The position numbers were made by a program, and so were the translations under genes. A DNA stretch of 64,000 bases from Nitrospirota bacterium (lineage in GTDB: Bacteria > Nitrospirota > JACRHJ01): NCBI GenBank assembly GCA_021784575.1, contig JAJYHX010000001.1:413917-477916 (forward strand), given 5' to 3'. The notes beneath the pieces are model-generated. The model had not been told where the DNA came from, ran no database searches, and worked only from the letters and a program-made list of their open reading frames with translations. This document shows, one piece after another, positions 55,382 to 62,793 of the stretch (positions are counted from its first letter, which is position 1; every line of letters begins with the position of its first letter).

Positions 55382-56624
55382 GCCTGTAATTGTCCTCTTT
55401 GCGCTGTTTTTGTTTGTCTTAGCAATCCCTCTCGCAAGGTCAGCGGCTGCCGGAACGAAGGCGCGGAATGGTGTCACATCCGGGGCCGGCTCTCCGCGGG
55501 ACCGCTCCCACGCAGGGTCAAAGACCGACAAAGTGAAGACGCAGGGCAAAGGCGTGCTCGTGCTCGTGCCCGAGAACCTTTCCGCCGTCTACTCCGAAAC
55601 CGAGCTCTCCGGGGCCCGGCGGCGCGAGGTCTCTGTCCAATCCACCACAGAAGGAGAGATTTCGGTGGTGGGAATAGCGGACGGCAAGCCGGAGATAGAG
55701 ATAGTAAATAACGGCAGGTCCAAGGTAACGCCGGTATTTTACGGCAAGTATTTCCACGCGCAGATTATCCTGTCGCTCGGCGAGAACATGATAAGCGTGC
55801 GCTGGAGAAGGAAGGGCGGGGACTGGAATGTCCAGACCATTTCGCTTTTCCGCTCCTCCAGGATGCTCGGCGCGCCGGTTGTAAACTACCCGCCTTATTC
55901 CTTTCACACTCCCAAGAACGAAGAGCAGTGCCAGGAGTGCCACCAGATGCAGCTTACGCGTAAGGAAATAGAAACGGCAAGGGACTTGAGCTGCCTTAAG
56001 TGCCATGCCGACCTGACGAGCAATATTTACGTCCACGGCCCGGTAAACGTGGGCATATGCACGGTATGCCACGACCCGAACAGCAAGCCGAACAAATACA
56101 AGGTGGAGGAAGGCGACAAGACACTGTGCTACTCCTGCCACACGGACAGGGAGAAGATAGACGACAAGATGAAGCGCGAGCACGGCCCCGTAGGCGCGGG
56201 GCTTTGCACTGTATGCCACGACCCTCACGGCTCGCCATTCAGGTATCAGCTTGTTAAATCCAAAAACGAGATATGCCTGATGTGCCATCAGAGCGATGCG
56301 AACCACTGGCTAAACCAAAGCAGCCTTCATCCGCCGTTTAAAAAGGGAGAATGCTACAGGTGCCACGACCCTCATTCCGCGAACTATAAATACAACCTCA
56401 AGGCCGACAGGAAGCATATCTGCTTGATTTGTCATACCCTTCCCATACCCGGCCATCTTCACGACCCGGGCAAGGTGCCGCTTTTCAAGCTGCCGCCGGA
56501 TTTTCCCCTTACAAAACATGGGAAAACGATGTGTCTGACCTGCCACTCCCCACATGGCGCCATAGGCCCGCACCTGACCCGCCGGAGGGGTTGCAAGGGC
56601 TGCCATCCGGACAAGGACTCGTAG
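55368..56624 (+). CDS. Periplasmic decahaem c-type cytochrome (~418 aa, 10 CXXCH; MtrA/OmaB-like size class) (cytochrome D)
   Basis: ATG at 55368 overlapping NHL3 end; signal/TM MSRNKPVIVLFALFLFVLAIPLARSAAAG; CQECH, CLKCH, CTVCH, CYSCH, CTVCH, CLMCH, CYRCH, CLICH, CLTCH, CKGCH. Confidence 0.7.
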   Translation: MSRNKPVIVLFALFLFVLAIPLARSAAAGTKARNGVTSGAGSPRDRSHAGSKTDKVKTQGKGVLVLVPENLSAVYSETELSGARRREVSVQSTTEGEISVVGIADGKPEIEIVNNGRSKVTPVFYGKYFHAQIILSLGENMISVRWRRKGGDWNVQTISLFRSSRMLGAPVVNYPPYSFHTPKNEEQCQECHQMQLTRKEIETARDLSCLKCHADLTSNIYVHGPVNVGICTVCHDPNSKPNKYKVEEGDKTLCYSCHTDREKIDDKMKREHGPVGAGLCTVCHDPHGSPFRYQLVKSKNEICLMCHQSDANHWLNQSSLHPPFKKGECYRCHDPHSANYKYNLKADRKHICLICHTLPIPGHLHDPGKVPLFKLPPDFPLTKHGKTMCLTCHSPHGAIGPHLTRRRGCKGCHPDKDS

Positions 56625-56646
56625 GCCGGCCGCTCGGTTTCAAAAT

Positions 56647-56679
56647 AAAAAAAGCCCCGTAAAAACGGGGCCTTTTTTA
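56647..56679. terminator. Bidirectional rho-independent terminator (A-run, GCCCCG-loop-CGGGGC, T-run) closing the cytochrome cluster and the convergent small gene
   Basis: aaaaaaagccccgtaaaaacggggcctttttt. Confidence 0.8.
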
Positions 56680-56690
56680 TGTCTTTCCGG

Positions 56691-56837
56691 TCAGTCCTTC
56701 TTGCCGATTTTAAAAATTTTGGTTCCGCATACCGGGCATTTGCCTTCGACGGCGGGTTTTCCGTTCTTCATCGTAATCTCTTTTGCGTCGCTAATATCCC
56801 GTTTTTCCTTGCATTTTACGCAATATCCGCTTGTCAT
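56691..56837 (-). CDS. Small zinc-ribbon protein, DUF5679-like (48 aa), not in the supplied ORF track
   Basis: Minus-strand ATG at 56837 preceded by RBS aggagggg; translation MTSGYCVKCKEKRDISDAKEITMKNGKPAVEGKCPVCGTKIFKIGKKD with CxxC...CxxC zinc ribbon. Confidence 0.55.
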   Translation of the reverse strand: MTSGYCVKCKEKRDISDAKEITMKNGKPAVEGKCPVCGTKIFKIGKKD

Positions 56838-57175
56838 CGCCCCTCCTTTGAAGTGGATTTATTTCCTCAATACTACCACTAAATTTCTATAAATCAATTT
56901 GTTTTTCATGGAGTTTCATGCGCCGCGAAACGCACCATCCCATCGCCCGGTTTTTGGGCGCGGAACAGATCTAAAAAATGGCCGTTTTCGGGCAATTTCG
57001 GGGCAAAACGGGGGCGCGGGGAGGGGACGTTTCCCTGCGGTAATTTAGTAAATTCCTCTTATTCCACAATGTGTTGCGGTTCATATAAATATTTATCGCG
57101 TTTATATACTTGACAAACCCAAATAATTCTGGTAGAGTTTAAACATTCTAAACATTCATTCGTCTAAAGGGAGCT

Positions 57176-58114
57176 ATGGAAACCAAGAATAAGATTACTC
57201 TACCGGAACTTGCAACTTACTTCCACAATGAGGATGCCGCGCGGGAATTCCTTGAGAAACTCCGTTGGCCGGACGGCGTGGTCTGCCCGCATTGCGGCTC
57301 TATCAATGAACATTATCGGATTGTGCCAAAAGAAGGCTCCAAGACCCGCAAGGGCCTTTGGAAGTGTAAGGACTGCCGCAAGCAGTTCAGCGTTACGGTA
57401 GGAACCGTTTTTGAAGGCTCTCATATTCCCATTCATATCTGGCTTTATGCTATCCATGAAATGAGTTCCGCTAAAAAAGGCGTGAGCGCGCACCAGCTTC
57501 ACCGGAAACTTGGGATAACCTATAAATCCGCTTGGTTTATGGCACATCGGATAAGATTTATAATGGAAGGTGATACGCCGTTAGCCGAGAAAATGAAGGG
57601 CATCGTTGAATGCGATGAAACGTATGTAGGGGGAAAAGGGAAGGGGCTTGGCAAGAAATTCTGTGGTCGTGGAACTCTCAAGACTCCTGTCTTTGCACTC
57701 GTTGAAAGGGATGGTCGTGTTAAATCTCAGGTTGTGGAGCGCGTAACCGGTAAGAATTTAAAGGGTATAATCAAGAAAAACGTCGAAACCGCTTCCACGA
57801 TAATGACGGACGATTTCAAGTCCTATAAAGGGTTAAACAAGATATTTTATGCTCATAAGGTGGTAGAGCACGGCAAGAAGATTTACAGTAAGCCCGGTGG
57901 AATTCACACCAACACAATTGAAGGCTATTTTTCTATCCTGAAACGTGGTATAGTTGGCGTATACCAGCACGTCGGCAAACAGCACCTTGACAGGTATCTC
58001 GCCGAATTTGATTTCAGATACAATGCCCGCAAGGTTACGGATGGGGAGCGTGCCGTATTAGCTCTCAAGGGCATTGAAGGAAAGCGGCTGATGTATCGGG
58101 ACTCATCGCTATGA
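57176..58114 (+). CDS. IS1595-family transposase (N-terminal zinc-ribbon plus DDE_Tnp_IS1595 domain)
   Basis: 312 aa; VCPHCGS...WKCKDCRKQFSVTVGTVFEGSHIPIHIWLYAIHEM (ISXO2-like Zn ribbon/HTH), DDE region ...VECDETYVGGK...IMTDDFKSYKGL...HKVVEHGKK...HTNTIEGYFSILKRGIVGVYQHV. Confidence 0.8.
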   Translation: METKNKITLPELATYFHNEDAAREFLEKLRWPDGVVCPHCGSINEHYRIVPKEGSKTRKGLWKCKDCRKQFSVTVGTVFEGSHIPIHIWLYAIHEMSSAKKGVSAHQLHRKLGITYKSAWFMAHRIRFIMEGDTPLAEKMKGIVECDETYVGGKGKGLGKKFCGRGTLKTPVFALVERDGRVKSQVVERVTGKNLKGIIKKNVETASTIMTDDFKSYKGLNKIFYAHKVVEHGKKIYSKPGGIHTNTIEGYFSILKRGIVGVYQHVGKQHLDRYLAEFDFRYNARKVTDGERAVLALKGIEGKRLMYRDSSL

Positions 58115-58866
58115 AGAACAGACTAATAAGCCCCCGGACTATCGCTCTTAGGATTGAAGGCGAGAAAATACCCGCCGAAAAACTCCGCCGCGCTATTGGC
58201 GATTTCTTTAATTTTCTTGATGAGGCAAGCGCAAATGTAACTGGCAGACGAAAGCCAATAGAATGGCTTGTGACTGTCAAGAAGGGAAGCGCTATCTTTG
58301 CCGCCGATCCTGCAATTAAAGGTAAGGTAAAACCAAATACCGTGAATGATGTTTTTAAAGCAGTAGAAAACGGAATCGATGTTTTAGAAAGAGGGAAGGG
58401 GCGTCCCAAAATACTTAGCGATAAGGCTTTGGAATACTATCAACATTTGGCTATTAGCCCTTCTGTGAGGGGGGAAGAAGGAATAATAGGTATAAGTGTC
58501 ATTATTGACGAAAGGGAACCTTTAAAATTAACCAAACACGCAGTTGAGCATATAGACGAGATATTGGGGACGCACTCTAAAGCTTTAGGCTCCGTGGAAG
58601 GACAGCTTTTAACCATCTCTGAAAGAGGAAGTTTAAAAGTAGTAATATATGAAGCTCTAACGGATAGAGCGATTGACTGCCATATAGATGATTTTATGCT
58701 TGAGGATGCCATGAACGCCTTTGGGAAAAGGGTTTATGTTTACGGTCTGATTAGTTATAACAAGCAAGGACTACCAAATAGAATAATAGTTGAAGATATG
58801 CGGATATTTCCAGAGGATGAAGCCATACCTACCGCCCGTGAGATTTGTGGACTCTTAGGAGCCTAA
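58111..58866 (+). CDS. Hypothetical 251-aa protein translationally coupled to the transposase (ATGA overlap) and to the downstream PIN gene
   Basis: No recognisable domain; lower-GC codon usage matching the island. Confidence 0.5.
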   Translation: MKNRLISPRTIALRIEGEKIPAEKLRRAIGDFFNFLDEASANVTGRRKPIEWLVTVKKGSAIFAADPAIKGKVKPNTVNDVFKAVENGIDVLERGKGRPKILSDKALEYYQHLAISPSVRGEEGIIGISVIIDEREPLKLTKHAVEHIDEILGTHSKALGSVEGQLLTISERGSLKVVIYEALTDRAIDCHIDDFMLEDAMNAFGKRVYVYGLISYNKQGLPNRIIVEDMRIFPEDEAIPTAREICGLLGA

Positions 58867-58867
58867 T

Positions 58868-59344
58868 TTGCCGCCACAGAGAAGATACTGGGATTCAGAT
58901 TGTTTTTTGGCTTATCTTGGAGAAGATACCGGAAAACGCGGTAAATGCTTAGGTGTGCTTGATGCCGCCGAAAAAGGTGATGTGCTGATAATTACCTCCG
59001 CCCTTACCATTGCAGAGGTCGTTTATCTCAAAGGCAATCCTAAAATTACTCCCGAAAAATCTGATAAAATTTGCCGCTTTTTCGAAAACAAATATATCCA
59101 GCCAATTAACTTAGACCGTTATCTCGCTGAAGAAGCAAGACAACTCTTGTGGATACACCCGGCACTAAAACCAAAAGATGCAATTCATGTGGCGAGCGCT
59201 ATCCGCGCAAAAGTCCATTTGATGGACACTTTCGATAAATATCTTATTGGATTAAGTGGTAAAATAGGAGACAATCCTCTTATTATTGGAGAGCCAAACA
59301 TACCCTATGAAGAAGATATGTTTAAAGGACTCGAAGAAAACTAA
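58868..59344 (+). CDS. PIN-domain protein (VapC-like ribonuclease toxin)
   Basis: 158 aa; acidic PIN residues in conserved positions (WDSDCFLAYL, ITSALTIAEV, PKDAIHVASAI, LMDTFDKYL); starts 1 nt after previous stop. Confidence 0.6.
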   Translation: MPPQRRYWDSDCFLAYLGEDTGKRGKCLGVLDAAEKGDVLIITSALTIAEVVYLKGNPKITPEKSDKICRFFENKYIQPINLDRYLAEEARQLLWIHPALKPKDAIHVASAIRAKVHLMDTFDKYLIGLSGKIGDNPLIIGEPNIPYEEDMFKGLEEN

Positions 59345-59633
59345 GGAAAAACATAAGGGGGCCGAGAAGCCCATCTCCCTTTATCCCCTCGGTTTCGAGG
59401 ATGCTATGAAGGCTATTCTTCAAACCCCGCATGAGTCAAAGCGCGTAAGTCCTAAAAAACAAAAAGAAAAAAAAGGTAAGCAAGGGTAATTTCTTCTATA
59501 TCTGTTAGAATTCGCTCCTATTCCCTTCCCGCTTGGGTTTGTCAAATATACAATCGCGATATTTATCGATAAGCAAGGCCCCGTTTTGCAACTATTTGAG
59601 AAATAAGGGTAAATTTGTGCTATATTTTGAGAT

Positions 59634-60152
59634 ATGGACAGGGATATAAGAGAAGCCCGCGACAAGGCCGTCGATGCCTTGGCCGTGGCAATAGGGTTTT
59701 GGGGAATCGACCCCCTTGAGGCGCGCATCTGGGGTTTCCTTTTCCTTTCGCGGGCGCCGCTCTGCCTGACAGGGCTGGCAGAGAGCTTAAGCGCCGACGC
59801 GCAGGCGGTGGAAGCCAAGCTTAACCTGTTGAAAAGGCTGGGCGCAGTGAAGGAATCCGCGCAGTCGCCGGGGCGGGATAAGTGCTTCGAGGCGGAGGCG
59901 GATTTCTTCCGGATACTGCAAACCGTCCTGAAGGAGCGCCGCGAAAAGGAAATGGGATCGGCCCTCCAGGAGATCTGCGACCAGCGCGCGTATGTGGAAT
60001 ACCGCTATGACGAGGAAAAAGCCCCGGAGCTTAAGTTCATGGCGGAACGTCTGGAGAAGCTCGAAGGTTTTATACACCTGATAGACCGCGCGATGTTCGG
60101 GCTTAGGACTTTTGCCGGGATAAGGGGCATGTTCCGGGGGCGTGAGAAATGA
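59634..60152 (+). CDS. MarR/GbsR-like winged-helix transcriptional regulator
   Basis: 172 aa; GIDPLEARIWGFLFLSRAPLCLTGLAESLSADAQAVEAKLNLLKRLGAV (HTH) as in GbsR/TrmB-like choline-responsive repressors. Confidence 0.5.
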   Translation: MDRDIREARDKAVDALAVAIGFWGIDPLEARIWGFLFLSRAPLCLTGLAESLSADAQAVEAKLNLLKRLGAVKESAQSPGRDKCFEAEADFFRILQTVLKERREKEMGSALQEICDQRAYVEYRYDEEKAPELKFMAERLEKLEGFIHLIDRAMFGLRTFAGIRGMFRGREK

Positions 60153-60195
60153 AATTTCCTTGACAGGGTAAATAGATACAAATATACTCGGGCGT

Positions 60196-61170
60196 ATGAA
60201 ATATATAAACGAGCTGTCGGAGGGCGAGAGGATTGAGTCCGTATTTGCCGCAACGGAAAAGCAGCTCAAAAAGACAAGGGCGGGGAAGCCGTTTCTTTCT
60301 TTTCGGCTGGCGGACAAGACCGGGAGCGTCGAGTCCGTAGCCTGGGACAATGCCGAGGCCCTTGCGCTGAAGTTTGAAAAGGGCGATATTGTGGCCGTCC
60401 GGGCCGAGGCGGGCTCGTATAACGGCAGCCTACAGCTGACAGTCAGGGACATAAAGAAGGTTCAGGCGCCGGACGAGTACCTGTCCCGAATTCTGCCGAC
60501 GACGGACAGGGACGTCGAGGCCATGCTCTCGGAGCTTAAGGCGGCGGCGCAGGGCGTAGGGACGGGCTGGTTAAGGGAACTCATGCAGGGTTTCCTTGAC
60601 GATTCCGCGTTCATGGACGCGTTCAAGAAAGCCCCGGCGGCCAAGGGAATGCACCATGTATTCGCCGGAGGACTGCTCCAGCACACGCTGAAGGTCGTGC
60701 GGCTCGTGAGGCTGATATTCGAGGAATATAGCGCCTCCGACCCGCTGGTCGCCTCTATGACAGACAAAGACCTCCTCGTCGCGGGGGCCTTCCTGCACGA
60801 CATCGGCAAGATAGAGGAACTCTCTCCCGGCGCGGGGTTCGATTACACCTTCCGCGGCAGGCTCATCGGGCATGTGACGCTCGGGCTTATGGCCCTCAAG
60901 GATAGGCTGGACGGGATAAAAAACATAGACAGGGAAAAAGCTGACCTGCTCATGCACATGGTAATATCCCATCACGGCAGTCTCGAATACGGCTCGCCCA
61001 AGATGCCGATGTGCATGGAGGCCATGATACTGCACTACGCGGACAACCTCGACGCGAAGCTACAGGGCCTGGCCGAGTTCGCGGACAAGGACGTCCAGGA
61101 CGGGAAGTTCACGGCCTGGCACAGGCTCTACGAGCGGCAGTTCTATAAAGGCGGCGATACGGACCGGTAA
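60196..61170 (+). CDS. yhaM: 3'-5' exoribonuclease YhaM-like (OB-fold plus HD domain)
   Basis: N-terminal OB fold (RIESVFAATEKQLKKTRAGKPFLSFRLADKTGSVESVAWDN), HD motif (HTLKV...LVAGAFLHDIGK...HMVISHHGSLEYGSP). Confidence 0.7.
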   Translation: MKYINELSEGERIESVFAATEKQLKKTRAGKPFLSFRLADKTGSVESVAWDNAEALALKFEKGDIVAVRAEAGSYNGSLQLTVRDIKKVQAPDEYLSRILPTTDRDVEAMLSELKAAAQGVGTGWLRELMQGFLDDSAFMDAFKKAPAAKGMHHVFAGGLLQHTLKVVRLVRLIFEEYSASDPLVASMTDKDLLVAGAFLHDIGKIEELSPGAGFDYTFRGRLIGHVTLGLMALKDRLDGIKNIDREKADLLMHMVISHHGSLEYGSPKMPMCMEAMILHYADNLDAKLQGLAEFADKDVQDGKFTAWHRLYERQFYKGGDTDR

Positions 61171-61190
61171 ACAACGGGCGGCGGAAACTC

Positions 61191-61739
61191 ATGAACCTGC
61201 CGAACATCATTACCCTCTTGAGAATCGCGCTTGTCCCGGTCTTCCTCGCCTTTCTTATCCAGAACAGGTACGGCCTCGCCATCGGCGTTTTCATCGTTGC
61301 CGGGCTGACGGACGCAATCGACGGCGCCATTGCCCGGATGATGAACAAAAAGACCAGCCTGGGCGCGCTGCTCGACCCGCTTGCGGACAAGCTCCTCGTC
61401 CTCACGGCGTTCGTCGCCCTGGCCCTGACGGGCAGGCTTCCGCTCTGGCTCGCGGGAGCGGTGATAGCAAGGGACGCGGCGATTGTCGCCGGATGGCTGT
61501 ATCTTAGCAGGTTCGGCTCCCGGGAGTCCCTCCGGCCCACAGCGCTCGGGAAGCTTACGACGTTCATGCTCATAGTGCTGATTATGGCCGCCCTCGCCGG
61601 GCTGTATACGGGACGCGGGCCCGCCCTGACGGAATATCTTTTATGGCCTGCGGCCATGCTCCTGGCCGCATCGGGACTGCATTACATCATCCGGGGTTTC
61701 AGGATCATACATGGTAAAAAAGATAATCTGGCAGGCTGA
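61191..61739 (+). CDS. pgsA: CDP-diacylglycerol--glycerol-3-phosphate 3-phosphatidyltransferase (CDP-alcohol phosphatidyltransferase family)
   Basis: NIITLLRIALVPVFL...GLTDAIDGAIARMMNKKTSLGALLDPLADKLL (D-G-x2-A-R...G-x3-D-x3-D motif). Confidence 0.8.
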   Translation: MNLPNIITLLRIALVPVFLAFLIQNRYGLAIGVFIVAGLTDAIDGAIARMMNKKTSLGALLDPLADKLLVLTAFVALALTGRLPLWLAGAVIARDAAIVAGWLYLSRFGSRESLRPTALGKLTTFMLIVLIMAALAGLYTGRGPALTEYLLWPAAMLLAASGLHYIIRGFRIIHGKKDNLAG

Positions 61740-62790
61740 CCTCGCGGTATTCATCTTCCTGGCCCTTTTTTTCATGCTCGCGTGGGCGCTCGGCGCTTCC
61801 ATAACCCCGTTCGTCCTGGCGCTTCTTTTTGCATACATACTGAACCCGGCCGTGCGCTTCCTCGAAAGGCGCGGCGTGCCGAGAGGCGCCGGCGCGGCCA
61901 TTTTCTCCGTTTTGCTCTTCGCCGCCCTTGCCGGGGTCCTGTTCGGGGCGGTATATGTCCTGATGAGGGAAATCACGCAACTCGTGAACAACATCCCGGC
62001 GTATATCTACACGTTCAAAAACGAGTATTTCCCGTACATCAGCCGCGCGCTTGGACTTGGGCCGGCGTATGATTTCAACACGCTCATCGGAAAGCTTAAG
62101 GCGCAGGTCTCGAATCTCTCGCCGGAGTCCTTCGCGTCGGCGTTCGGGCATGTCCTCGGCATCGTCGCCGGGACGCTCAATGTCTTCTTCCTTATCCTGG
62201 CGCTGTTCCTGATACCGATATTCATGATATACCTGCTTATGTCCTGGAACGACATGAAGCAGAACGCGCTCGCGATGATGCCGGAGGGGTATCGTGAATA
62301 TATCGTCGGGAAGCTTGGCGAGGTGGAGGCGGTTCTGAGGGACTTCGTCAAGGGACAGCTCCTCGTGGCGCTGATAATGGGCGCGATGTATTGCGCGGGC
62401 TTCTATTTCGCGGGCGTGGACATGTCCGTGCTCGTCGGAATGGGCGGGGGCATTCTAAACCTCGTGCCGTATCTCGGCACGACCGTGGCGGGCCTCACCG
62501 CCGTCGTCCTCGCGCTCCTCAAGTATCACGATATACTCCACCCGCTTATAGTTGTAGGCATAATGGCATTTGTCCAGGCGATGGAAGGTTATATCATCAC
62601 GCCGAAGGTAATCGGGCACAGGCTCGGGCTGCATCCGCTTATCATTATCCTCTCGCTCCTTGTGCTTGGGAAGCTGTTCGGCTTCGTGGGGATACTGCTG
62701 GCCGTGCCGATAGCCGCGGTCATAAAGGTCTTTCTGGCGGGTTTCGTTACGAGCTACTGGGAATCGAAGTTTTATACGGGCAAGCCGTAA
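61711..62790 (+). CDS. AI-2E family transporter (PerM/YhhT, UPF0118)
   Basis: 359 aa, ~8 TM helices, typical AI-2E topology and conserved C-terminal LAVPIAAVIKV segment. Confidence 0.7.
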   Translation: MVKKIIWQADLAVFIFLALFFMLAWALGASITPFVLALLFAYILNPAVRFLERRGVPRGAGAAIFSVLLFAALAGVLFGAVYVLMREITQLVNNIPAYIYTFKNEYFPYISRALGLGPAYDFNTLIGKLKAQVSNLSPESFASAFGHVLGIVAGTLNVFFLILALFLIPIFMIYLLMSWNDMKQNALAMMPEGYREYIVGKLGEVEAVLRDFVKGQLLVALIMGAMYCAGFYFAGVDMSVLVGMGGGILNLVPYLGTTVAGLTAVVLALLKYHDILHPLIVVGIMAFVQAMEGYIITPKVIGHRLGLHPLIIILSLLVLGKLFGFVGILLAVPIAAVIKVFLAGFVTSYWESKFYTGKP

Positions 62791-62793
62791 AAT

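Larger units (their letters stand above)
56850..59600. mobile_element. AT-rich (clearly lower GC than flanks) putative mobile island carrying IS1595-family transposase plus two passenger genes
   Basis: Visible compositional shift; transposase gene; boundaries approximate (no clean inverted repeats identified by eye). Confidence 0.4.

Noticed and set aside
59286-59489. 67-aa + strand ORF overlapping the end of the PIN gene
   Set aside because: It is short and Lys-rich with no RBS, and overlaps the PIN 3' end. It is possibly a remnant, but with no support.
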